Part shown: one piece after another, positions 37,129 through 44,998 of the stretch
How the letters are laid out: each line of letters starts with the position of its first letter
How positions within the stretch are numbered: position 1 is the stretch's first letter
Assembly: GCA_036490935.1 (NCBI GenBank)
Contig: DASXCY010000002.1
Coordinates: 2,716 to 66,715, forward strand
Source: Kofleriaceae bacterium
GTDB lineage: Bacteria > Myxococcota_A > Polyangia > Haliangiales > Haliangiaceae
Reading direction: 5' to 3'
Length of the DNA: 64,000 bases
The notes under the pieces: generated by a model
What the model saw: the letters and a program-made list of their open reading frames with translations, nothing else
What the model was told of the DNA's origin: nothing
Database searches by the model: none
Program-made: the position numbers and the translations under genes

Positions 37129-37540
37129 ATGCGCGCGATCGTGTCGGTGGGCCTCGCCCTCGATCACGGTCACGGGCTACACGTGCACGGCGTCGTCGGC
37201 CGGCGGCACGTTCGCGGCCGACGTCGAGGCCGCGCCCGTCACTGCCGGCGAGCGCGCGGCCGCGGTCGTCGGCTCGTACGTCGAGATCGAAGCGCGCGGC
37301 GTCGAGACGTTCGCGCTGCTCGTGCCCGCGACGCCCGGCGACTACAGCTGCGCGGATGCGACGAAGCTCGACTACGACGCCGGCAACGCCGCCGTCGCGG
37401 CGTCGGCCTCGACGTGCGCGGTCACGCCGGCGAGCATCGGCGACGTCGGTCAGCCGGTGACCGGCACGTTCTCCGCGACCGTCGGGGCGACCTCGATCGC
37501 GAACGGCACGTTCAGCGTCGGACGCGTCCCGTACCCGTGA
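37129..37540 (+). pseudogene. Possible frame-split secreted protein (signal-like start in one frame, coding-like body in the +1 frame)
   Basis: ATG 37129 gives MRAIVSVGLAL, then Arg-rich nonsense. The +1 frame from about 37163 gives ITVTGYTCTASSAGGTFAADVEAAPVTAGERAAAVVGSYVEIEARGVETFALLVPATPGDYSCADATKLDYDAG.. up to the stop at 37540. Confidence 0.3.
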
Positions 37541-37558
37541 CAGCTCCGCGGCGCGCGG

Positions 37559-38284
37559 CTACGGGCACGTCTTCGCGTTCGCGCTGTCGCTGATCGTCCA
37601 CGCGACGCAGTTCTGCGTGATCGTCGCGGTCAGCGTGTCGGCGCCGTCGAGCGTGAGCTGCGCCGTCAGCGAGGCGCTGACCGACGAGTCGACGATCGTG
37701 CCCGAGACGAGCGCGCCGCCTTGCCCGGTCAGCTCGATGCCGCTGGTCGACAGGCTGCACGACAGCTGCGACCCGCCCTCGGCCGTGCAGCGCAGGAACA
37801 GATCGGAGCGCACCTCGACGCCCGCGATGGTGGCGTCGAGGTCGGCGTCGTACGTCGACAGACTGTTCTGGAGACCCAGCAGACCGTCGAACGTTTGCGT
37901 CGAGGTCAACGACGTCAACGTCAGCTGCTCGAACGTGTACTGCGTCGGCTGCGACGGGTCGTACTCCACCTGCGGCCACGACTCCGGGTTGTCGATGCGC
38001 GCGGCGCCGGCGAGCATCACGCCGAAGGCGTCGGTGCAGCCGCCGGTGAGCGTGATCGTCTGACCGATCGCGCCGATGGCCGGGCAGACGTCGTTCGAGG
38101 TCGAGTACTGCTCGACCGCGTCTTGTGCGGCGAAGACGTCGTCGCCCGCGGCGGCGTCGACGAGGCGCTCGATCGTCGCGTTGTCGAGCGCCGAGAACGA
38201 CAGCGTCGGCTTCACGTCGGTCGTGTGCCCGCTCTGGCCGCCGCCGCACGCCGCGAGCGCCGCGAGCAAGCAGATGGTTCGCAT
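37559..38284 (-). CDS. Hypothetical lipoprotein (241 aa)
   Basis: MRTICLLAALAAC lipobox. Several conserved-looking Cys. High GC3. Confidence 0.8.
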   Translation of the reverse strand: MRTICLLAALAACGGGQSGHTTDVKPTLSFSALDNATIERLVDAAAGDDVFAAQDAVEQYSTSNDVCPAIGAIGQTITLTGGCTDAFGVMLAGAARIDNPESWPQVEYDPSQPTQYTFEQLTLTSLTSTQTFDGLLGLQNSLSTYDADLDATIAGVEVRSDLFLRCTAEGGSQLSCSLSTSGIELTGQGGALVSGTIVDSSVSASLTAQLTLDGADTLTATITQNCVAWTISDSANAKTCP

Positions 38285-38310
38285 GACGGAATCCTATCGG
38301 CGACCAGCTG

Positions 38311-39654
38311 CTAGTGCAGCTGATAGATGACGAGATCGTAGTCGCTGCCCTCGCGGACGACGACGTCGCTCGTACCGGCGCCGGCGTAGTCGATCGCGCG
38401 CAGGTTATAGATGCCGTTCGGGAACATGCCCGTCGATGCTTGCCAGTCCGCGCTGCGATCGCACGCCATGCCGAACGAGATCGGGTCGGGATAGTTGTCC
38501 GAGTAATCGTGGTAGCCGACCTCGATCAGATCGGTGTAGCCGTCGCCGTTGAAGTCGCCTACCGCGAAGCCGCGCAGGATGCCCCAGCCACCGTCGTCCT
38601 CGGTCAGCGACGCGATCGACGCACCGTTGGCGACGCCGTTCGAGGCGATCGCGTAGCGCTTCGCGGTGCTGCCGGTCTCCGTCGTCGACAGCGCGACGAG
38701 CCCGCGATCGGTGCGCGCCGCCACGTGATCGGTCGCGACGAACGCATACTCGTCGAGGCTCGCGGTCGCCGCCCCCTCGGTGAGCTGCGAGGCCGCGGTC
38801 GACAGGAACGACGTCGCGTGATCGCTGTACAGCCCGACGACATCGCGCTTACCGTCGCCGTCGAAGTCGCCGGTCGCGAAGCGTTCGGCGGTGACCATGT
38901 CGAGCGGATAGCCGGCATTCGGCGCCGACGCCGAGCGCGCGCACGTCGCGTAGCCGAGCCCGCTCGCGCTGCCCGCGAGGTACGACAGCCCGGCCGGTGC
39001 CGCGCCCAGCCCGTCGTAGCTGACGGTCGCGAGCACGTCGTCGTAGCCGTCCCGGTTCGCATCGATCACCGCGAGCGCGAACAGCCGCTCGTCGTCCGAG
39101 AACGAGCACGCGCTGACGTCGATGCCGGAGCCGAGCACGAACGTGTGATCGGGCTGCTGCAGCGCGACGTACACGTACGACGTGCGCGACTCGTCTCCCG
39201 AGTCGGTGTACGAGAGCAGGATGTCGGGCCGGTGATCGCCGTTGAAGTCGCCGAGCACGATCTGCTCGGGGCCGTAATACGGAAAGATCAGATCCGACTG
39301 CACGGGCGCCGCGAACCCGGTGGCCGTACGCACGAACGCGCGGATGCGGAGCAAGTAGCGCTGGTTCGCGCTGTCGCTCTGGCCTTCGACCGCGACGAGG
39401 TCGTCCTTGCCGTCGTGATCGACGTCGCCGACGAGCAGCTGCACGAGGTCGTACGGGTAGTCCGACAGCGCGCCGGTGATGCGCGCCACCTCGGTGACCT
39501 GGGTCGGGCACGCGTTGCCGAGCACCGCCGCATCGACGCCACCGTCCGAGCCCGGCATGGTGCTGCCGTCGGAGCCGACCGAGCCGTCGGGCGAGGTCGT
39601 GCCGGGATGAGAAGACGAGCAGCCGAAAGCGACGACGAGGACGAGCCAGCGCAT
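38311..39654 (-). CDS. FG-GAP/VCBS-repeat lipoprotein (447 aa)
   Basis: ATG 39654 gives MRWLVLVVAFGC. Calcium-binding-like repeats GDVDHDGKDDLV, GDFNGDHRPDIL, IDANRDGYDDVL, GDFDGDGKRDVV, GDFNGDGYTDLI. Confidence 0.85.
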   Translation of the reverse strand: MRWLVLVVAFGCSSSHPGTTSPDGSVGSDGSTMPGSDGGVDAAVLGNACPTQVTEVARITGALSDYPYDLVQLLVGDVDHDGKDDLVAVEGQSDSANQRYLLRIRAFVRTATGFAAPVQSDLIFPYYGPEQIVLGDFNGDHRPDILLSYTDSGDESRTSYVYVALQQPDHTFVLGSGIDVSACSFSDDERLFALAVIDANRDGYDDVLATVSYDGLGAAPAGLSYLAGSASGLGYATCARSASAPNAGYPLDMVTAERFATGDFDGDGKRDVVGLYSDHATSFLSTAASQLTEGAATASLDEYAFVATDHVAARTDRGLVALSTTETGSTAKRYAIASNGVANGASIASLTEDDGGWGILRGFAVGDFNGDGYTDLIEVGYHDYSDNYPDPISFGMACDRSADWQASTGMFPNGIYNLRAIDYAGAGTSDVVVREGSDYDLVIYQLH

Positions 39655-39752
39655 GGGCCGCGCCGGGTGCAACGCACGTACCCTCGTAACCATCCGCGAA
39701 TGCTCGGACGCCGGTGGCTCCCGGCGTTCACGTGGCCAGCGGAGTAGCCGGT

Positions 39753-40160
39753 TCAGCGCGACTTCGCGTGCTCGCGGGCGTGCTTTGCCAGCTCGAGGTA
39801 CCGTTGCCGCAGCTGGTGCATCTCGCCCTCGCCGCACTCCTCCAGATCGAGGAGCGTGTCGCGCGCGCCTTTCGTGGCGCGGATGAGCTCGTCGAGCTTC
39901 ATCTGGATCGCGACCCCGTCGCGGTTCTGCGTGTTCTGGATCAGGAACACCATCAAGAACGTCACGATCGTGGTGCCCGTGTTGATGCAGAGCTGCCACG
40001 TGTCCGAGTAATGAAACATCGGGCCGGTGACAGCCCACGCGACCACCACGAGCAGGGCGATCGTGAACGTGCTCGAGCGCCCGGCACCGCGCGCTACCGC
40101 CCCGGCAAATCGGCTGAACCCGCCGAGCGGTTTGACCTCGCCGGCGAGGTTCGGATTCAC
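39753..40160 (-). CDS. Low-affinity iron permease family protein (135 aa)
   Basis: Family signature DTWQLCINTGTTIVTFLMVFLIQNTQNRDGVAIQMKLDELIRA. Confidence 0.85.
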   Translation of the reverse strand: MNPNLAGEVKPLGGFSRFAGAVARGAGRSSTFTIALLVVVAWAVTGPMFHYSDTWQLCINTGTTIVTFLMVFLIQNTQNRDGVAIQMKLDELIRATKGARDTLLDLEECGEGEMHQLRQRYLELAKHAREHAKSR

Positions 40161-40307
40161 TTAGAACCGTCCGCTCAGCAGCACCACGATGAGAATCACG
40201 AAGATCACCGCCGCCGGCGACCAGCCGTAGTAGCCGAATCGCGAGTGCCCGTATCCACCGCCGAACAGAGCAACTACGAGAAGCAGTAATAGCAATAGCA
40301 TCAGCAT
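40161..40307 (-). CDS. DUF3309-like small membrane protein (48 aa)
   Basis: MLMLLLLLLLVVALFGGGYGHSRFGYYGWSPAAVIFVILIVVLLSGRF has two hydrophobic helices flanking a G/Y/W-rich loop. The stop abuts the start of the downstream permease gene. Confidence 0.6.
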   Translation of the reverse strand: MLMLLLLLLLVVALFGGGYGHSRFGYYGWSPAAVIFVILIVVLLSGRF

Positions 40308-40382
40308 GCCGAGGATTAGTTCAACTCGCGTGCCGAACGCTCCGCGCACGATCGGGCATACGCTCTGCATGGCGTCGGCGGC

Positions 40383-40592
40383 ATGAGTGCAACGACCAGG
40401 AAGATCAAAGGCAAGTTGAAGGAGCTCGAGGGCAAGGTCACCGGCGACAAGCTGCGCGAGGCGCAGGGCCGGACCGAGAAGACCGCCGGCAAGATCGGCA
40501 CGGCCGTCAAGTCGCGCGTGCGCAGGGCGAAGGCTCGCGCGCTGAAGACGAAAGCCGGGCGCAAGGCGGCGGCCGCAAAAGCGACGCCGTAA
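40383..40592 (+). CDS. CsbD-like stress-response protein (69 aa)
   Basis: KIKGKLKELEGKVTGDKLREAQGRTEKTAGKIG matches the CsbD-family pattern. Confidence 0.8.
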   Translation: MSATTRKIKGKLKELEGKVTGDKLREAQGRTEKTAGKIGTAVKSRVRRAKARALKTKAGRKAAAAKATP

Positions 40593-40604
40593 GCTGCCGG
40601 CCGG

Positions 40605-41087
40605 GTGGCGAAGCATCCGGTCACGATGGCGATCCGCGCGTTGCGCGCGGCGAACGTCGCGTTCGAGCCGCAGCTCTACGCGTGGGAGCCGCACGGCGGC
40701 ACGCGCGCGTCGAGTGAGGCGCTCGGCGTCGACGAGCACGCGGTCGTCAAGACGCTGATCTTCGAAGACGAGACGCGCGCGCCGCTGTGCATCCTCATGC
40801 ACGGCGATCGCGAGGTGTCGGCGAAACGGCTCGCGCGCACGGTCGGCCGCAAGGCGGTGGCGCCGTGCGCACCGGAGGTCGCCGACAAGCATTCCGGGTA
40901 TCAGGTCGGCGGCACGTCGCCGTTCGGGCTGCGCCGCGCGATGCCGATCTACATGGAGCGTTCGATCGCGGAGCTGCCGCGCATCTACATCAACGGCGGC
41001 GCGCGCGGCTTGCTCGTCGCGCTCGATCCGCGCGAGGCCGTGCGGGTGCTCGCGCCCGCGCTTGTCGACGTCGCGATCGAACGCTAG
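40605..41087 (+). CDS. ybaK: Cys-tRNA(Pro)/Cys-tRNA(Cys) deacylase YbaK (160 aa)
   Basis: GTG 40605. VVKTLIFEDE..LCILMHGDREVSAKRLAR..SGYQVGGTSPFGL..IYINGGARGLLV is the YbaK/EbsC pattern. Confidence 0.88.
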   Translation: MAKHPVTMAIRALRAANVAFEPQLYAWEPHGGTRASSEALGVDEHAVVKTLIFEDETRAPLCILMHGDREVSAKRLARTVGRKAVAPCAPEVADKHSGYQVGGTSPFGLRRAMPIYMERSIAELPRIYINGGARGLLVALDPREAVRVLAPALVDVAIER

Positions 41088-41101
41088 TGCTAGGCTCGGG
41101 T

Positions 41102-41707
41102 ATGGCCACCGCGATCCGGATCTGGTCCGACTACGTTTGACCGTGGTGCTATGTCGGCCTCGTCGAGGTCGAGAAGGTGCACGCGCGCTACGACGTCGAG
41201 CTCGAGTGGGAGCCGTTCGAGCTGCGGCCCGGCGCGCCGGAGACCGGCTGGGCCGTGCCCGAGCACGTGCGCGCGAAGCTGGGCCGGCCCGATAACCCGC
41301 TGACGCAGCGCGCGCGGTCGCTCGGGATCACGCTGGCCGAACGCGAGTGGGTGCCGTCGTCGCGGCGCGCGCACGAATGCACCGAGCACGCGCGCTCGGC
41401 GGGCAAGCTCGCACGATTTCACGCCGCCGTGCTCGCGTCCTACTGGAGCGAGGGCAAGGATCTGCACGACTGGGACGTGCTCGCCGCGGCCGCCGCCTCG
41501 GCCGGCCTCGATGCCGCCGCGATGCGCGCCGAGGTCGAAGCCGGCGCCTGGACCGCGCAGGTCGACGCCCGCATCGCCGCGGCCAACGAGATCGGCATTC
41601 ACGCCGTGCCGACGTTCGTGCTCGGCGATCGGTTCGTCGTGCAGGGCGCGCAGACTCTCGACGTGTTCGAGAGCGTGCTGGCCAAGCTCGGCGTCTCGCC
41701 CCGGTGA
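41102..41707 (+). CDS. DsbA/FrnE-like thiol oxidoreductase with in-frame TGA at the first active-site Cys position (candidate selenoprotein UPWC, or a nonsense pseudogene; 201 codons)
   Basis: ATG 41102 gives MATAIRIWSDYV-TGA(41138-41140)-PWCYVGLVEVEKVHARYDVELEWEPFEL.. The track ORF 41177-41707 is in the same frame, 25 codons downstream of the ATG. The family motif WSD..CPWCY.G fits exactly apart from the TGA. Confidence 0.7.
41154..41172 (+). promoter_or_regulatory. SECIS-like hairpin downstream of the in-frame TGA
   Basis: tcggcctc-gtc-gaggtcga forms 8 bp (one G.U pair) with a GUC apical loop. The stem starts 13 nt after the TGA and the loop 21 nt after it. Confidence 0.4.
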
Positions 41708-41796
41708 CGGACTGCACGAACGCTGCACACCTCGGAACGACGCATTGTGGGGAACGCACGTTGCACGGCGGGCGGACGGTGGACTACGTCTTGGGT

Positions 41797-42192
41797 GTGA
41801 TCACGAGATTTCGCGTGGCTCGCGCATCGCTCGCTTGCGTGACTGTGACCATCGCGCTCACCGCGTGCGGCACCGAGCCCGATTCGCGCCCCGCCACGAT
41901 CGACTACATCGTCGATGCCGTGCTCGCACCGCAGTGCGCGGTCGCGGGCTGCCACACGGCGGCTTCTCAGGCGCACGGTTACGCGTTCGATACCGTCGAT
42001 GACACGCTGGCCGCATTTCACTCGTCCCGGGACCAGCTGCTCGTCGATCCCGGCCAGCCCGACGAGTCCGAGCTCTACGTGGTCCTCATCAGCTCCGACA
42101 AACCGATGCCACCGGCGTGGACGTTGCCGCACGCGGACATCGAGCTCGTCAAGACGTGGATCGATGACGGCGCTCCCGGTTACACACCATGA
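41797..42192 (+). CDS. Small lipoprotein with planctomycete-cytochrome-c-like (PSCyt1-like) domain and a CX4CH motif (131 aa)
   Basis: GTG 41797 gives (M)ITRFRVARASLACVTVTIALTAC. IVDAVLAPQCAVAGCHT..LLVDPGQPDESELYVVL..MPP..IELVKTWIDDGAP. The stop overlaps the next start (ATGA). Start choice is uncertain. Confidence 0.6.
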   Translation: MITRFRVARASLACVTVTIALTACGTEPDSRPATIDYIVDAVLAPQCAVAGCHTAASQAHGYAFDTVDDTLAAFHSSRDQLLVDPGQPDESELYVVLISSDKPMPPAWTLPHADIELVKTWIDDGAPGYTP

Positions 42193-43286
42193 GGGCCGTC
42201 GTCGTCGCGGTCGTCGCGGTCGCTGCTTCGGGCGGCGTGGCGACCGCTTACCCGCAGTTCCAGCTCAGCAAGGATCAAGCGTGCACCGCGTGTCACGTCG
42301 ATCCGGCCGGCGGTTGGCTGCTGAACGAAAACGGTCTGTCCACGGCGCAGAGCCTCGGCACGTACGATGTCGCGCCCGAAGCCGCACACGGCGCGCTGGT
42401 CGGGCCGAGCTGGCTCGAGGTCGGAGCCGAGCTGCGCGGCGGCGCGGGGCTGGTCGCCGCACGCGGCCTGGGCGCGGCGGCGTATCCGATGCAAGCCGAT
42501 GGCGAGGCGCTCGTGCACGGCGATGGCTTCACGCTGTTCGGCACGCTCGGTCCGCAACAGGGCTCGACCGCCGCGAGCTACGTCGCGAGTCGCGAGCACT
42601 GGCTCATGTGGCAACCCGATCAGTCGGCGACGGATGGCTTGTACCTGCGCGTCGGGCGGTTCATGCCGGTGTTCGGGCTCCGCTTCGCGGAGCACACCGC
42701 GCCGACCGAGCAGTACGGCGGAGCGCAGCTGTACGGCGAAGCCTACGGCGCGGCGCTCGAGTACGTCAAACCCGGCTGGGAAGCGCACGTGACCGGGTTC
42801 GTCCACGATCCGATCCAGGACACCGTGGAACACGGCGACGGTGCCGCGCTCTATACCGAGCTGCGCGTCACCCAGGCCGCGTCGATCGGCGTCGAAGGCC
42901 GCTACGCGACGAGCAGCGTGGACACGCGCTGGGACGGCGGCGTCACCGCGAAGTACTGGGTCGCGCCGGCCGAGGTCTTGCTCGAGGCCGAGGGCCAGGT
43001 GATCCGGCAATCGTTTCCGGCCGGCAGCGCCCGCACGCAGCTCGTGAGCTACCTGATCGGATCGTGGTTCGTGCATCGCGGCTGGATGCTCGACGTGGGA
43101 GCCGGGCAGTACGACGAGGACACGAAGATCAAGGACGTCGACCTCGAATGCGTGGATGTCGATCTGCACTGGTTTGCCAGCTCGCACTGGGAGCTGCTCG
43201 TGACCGATCGCGTCCAGACGATCGCGCTCGGCGCCGGCGGCCCGACTTCAGGCTGGGCACTGCTGCAGTTTCATTACCGCTTGTGA
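42189..43286 (+). CDS. Secreted, probably outer-membrane beta-barrel-like protein with N-terminal CxxCH motif (365 aa)
   Basis: Signal peptide MRAVVVAVVAVAASGGVATA. CTACH at residues 32-36. The remainder has alternating-pattern beta-rich sequence with frequent Y/W/G. Confidence 0.75.
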   Translation: MRAVVVAVVAVAASGGVATAYPQFQLSKDQACTACHVDPAGGWLLNENGLSTAQSLGTYDVAPEAAHGALVGPSWLEVGAELRGGAGLVAARGLGAAAYPMQADGEALVHGDGFTLFGTLGPQQGSTAASYVASREHWLMWQPDQSATDGLYLRVGRFMPVFGLRFAEHTAPTEQYGGAQLYGEAYGAALEYVKPGWEAHVTGFVHDPIQDTVEHGDGAALYTELRVTQAASIGVEGRYATSSVDTRWDGGVTAKYWVAPAEVLLEAEGQVIRQSFPAGSARTQLVSYLIGSWFVHRGWMLDVGAGQYDEDTKIKDVDLECVDVDLHWFASSHWELLVTDRVQTIALGAGGPTSGWALLQFHYRL

Positions 43287-43534
43287 CTTGCGATAGAACA
43301 CGAAGCAGAGATAGAGCGAGAGCGCGACCGCGGCGAGACCGCGTGCACGAGCGGCGACGCGTCGATGCGGTAATGGATCGAGTGATGCGTCCAGGATCGG
43401 TAGTACCTGGCACAGGCCGGTGACCGCCCACCCGCGAGCAGCGCGGCCGACAGCGAGAAGCTGACCTGGTACGAGATCCACGAGCACGCAGCCTTGCACG
43501 GAGCGCACCGCCGACCCGCGTAGCGCCGGCGCAC
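43274..43534 (-). CDS. Possible small Cys/His-containing protein (86 aa)
   Basis: GTG 43534. ..RRCAPCKAACSWISYQVSFSLSAALLAGG..HHSIHY.. The frame has clearly higher GC3 than the alternative frame (43248-43508). Only 36 nt separate it from the annotated MFS start. Weak support. Confidence 0.25.
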   Translation of the reverse strand: MRRRYAGRRCAPCKAACSWISYQVSFSLSAALLAGGRSPACARYYRSWTHHSIHYRIDASPLVHAVSPRSRSRSISASCSIASHKR

Positions 43535-43570
43535 GGTCGAAGCGGCGCCGGCGCGCGGCTACACTCGGCG

Positions 43571-44998
43571 ATGACGCCCGACGTCGCGGTCGGCAGCTGG
43601 ATCGACTCCGACGTGCCGGTGCGGCTCGACATGTTGCGCTGGTCGGCGTGGCATCGCCGCGTCGTGCTCGCGCTCGGCATCACGTGGGTGCTCGACGGCC
43701 TCGAGGCCAGCTTGGTGGCCAACCTCGCACCGACGCTGCAGGACCCGCGCGCGCTCGGTTTGACCGCGACGCAGATCGGCTGGACGAACACGTGCTACCT
43801 CGTCGGCCAGGTGCTCGGCGCGCTCGGCTTCGCGCACCTGACCGATCGCTTCGGGCGCAAGCGGCTGTTCCTGATCACGCTCGGCCTCTACCTGTGCGCG
43901 ACCGCGGCGAGCGGGCTCGCGCCGACCCTCGGCGTGTTCCTCGTGCTGCGGTTTCTCACCGGCGCCGGCATCGGCGGCGAATACGCGGCGATCAACTCCG
44001 CGATCGACGAGCTCGTCCCGGCGCGCCTGCGCGGGCGGATCGATCTCGGGATCAACGGCAGCTACTGGGCCGGCGTCGCGGCCGGCGCGGTCCTGACGTT
44101 GATCGTGCTCGATCCGGCGCTGCTGCCGGTCGCGATCGGCTGGCGCCTGTCGTTCGGGCTCGGCGCCGTGCTCGGGCTCATCGTGATCGTCGTGCGCCGC
44201 CGCGTGCCGGAGAGCCCGCGCTGGCTGCTGCTCCACGGCTACACGCGCGCCGCGGCCGCGACGGTCGACGCGATCGAGCACGAGGTCGGGCGGCCCGACG
44301 CGCAGGTCGCGCCGGTGCGCGTGCACGTCACCGGACGCGTCGGGCTCGGCTACCTCGTGCGCACGCTCGTCGTCCGGTTTCGGCGGCGCACGATCCTCGG
44401 CTTCGTGCTGATGTTCGCGCAGGCCACGCTCTACAACGCGGTCTTCTTCAGCTACGCGCTCGTGCTGCGCGTGTTCGACGGCGTCGCCCCGGGCCGCGTC
44501 GGGCTGTACATCGTGCCCGTCGCGATCGGCAACTTCCTCGGTCCGCTCGTGCTCGGGCCGCTGTTCGATCGCATCGGCCGCCGCGTGATGATCCCGGCGA
44601 CCTACGCGATCACGGGCGTGCTGCTCGCGCTCACCGGCCTGCTGTTCGCGGCCGGCTGGCTCGACGCGCTCACGCAAACGCTCGCCTGGTCGCTCGTGTT
44701 CTTCGTCGCGTCGGCCGCGGCGAGCTCCGCGTACTTGACGGTGAGCGAGCTGTTTCCGGTCGAGCTCCGGGCTCGCGCGATCGCCGTGTTCTACGCGTTC
44801 GCGACGCTCGTCGGCGCCGGCGCTCCCGCCGTCTTCGGGGCGATGATCGACGCCCACGCTCCGCGCCAGCTGCTCGCCGGCTATCTCGCGACGGCCGCGC
44901 TGATGATCGGCGCCGCCGTGATCGCGCGGCTGCTCGGCGTCGCCGCAGAAGGCCGCTCGCTCGAGCAGCTCGCGGTCACGGCTTCGCCTCGAACGTGA
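43571..44998 (+). CDS. MFS transporter (475 aa; alternative start ATG 43631)
   Basis: Twelve hydrophobic segments. MFS signature GFAHLTDRFGRKRLFL between TM2 and TM3, and PLFDRIGRR in the second half. Confidence 0.9.
   Translation: MTPDVAVGSWIDSDVPVRLDMLRWSAWHRRVVLALGITWVLDGLEASLVANLAPTLQDPRALGLTATQIGWTNTCYLVGQVLGALGFAHLTDRFGRKRLFLITLGLYLCATAASGLAPTLGVFLVLRFLTGAGIGGEYAAINSAIDELVPARLRGRIDLGINGSYWAGVAAGAVLTLIVLDPALLPVAIGWRLSFGLGAVLGLIVIVVRRRVPESPRWLLLHGYTRAAAATVDAIEHEVGRPDAQVAPVRVHVTGRVGLGYLVRTLVVRFRRRTILGFVLMFAQATLYNAVFFSYALVLRVFDGVAPGRVGLYIVPVAIGNFLGPLVLGPLFDRIGRRVMIPATYAITGVLLALTGLLFAAGWLDALTQTLAWSLVFFVASAAASSAYLTVSELFPVELRARAIAVFYAFATLVGAGAPAVFGAMIDAHAPRQLLAGYLATAALMIGAAVIARLLGVAAEGRSLEQLAVTASPRT

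Noticed and set aside
35356-37173. 605-aa minus-strand ORF, plus the plus-strand ORFs 35470-36567 and 35964-37088
   Set aside because: The 605-aa ORF is credible only in its last 187 codons (lipoprotein). The plus-strand ORFs are antisense images of the repeat-containing propeller lipoprotein gene, and their apparent periodicity just mirrors its repeats.
40308-40382. Possible ECF/general-stress-type promoter (GAAC ... ) between the DUF3309-like and CsbD-like genes
   Set aside because: Only a GAAC tetramer is present. No CGTT-type -10 element lies at the right spacing, so it is indistinguishable from chance.
43248-43508. 86-aa minus-strand ORF with a TM-like C-terminus (..GLAAVALSLYLCFVFYRKSQ)
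   Set aside because: GC3 in this frame is clearly lower than in the overlapping 43274-43534 frame, and it overlaps the 3' end of the preceding gene. A frameshifted small membrane gene cannot be excluded but is not supportable.
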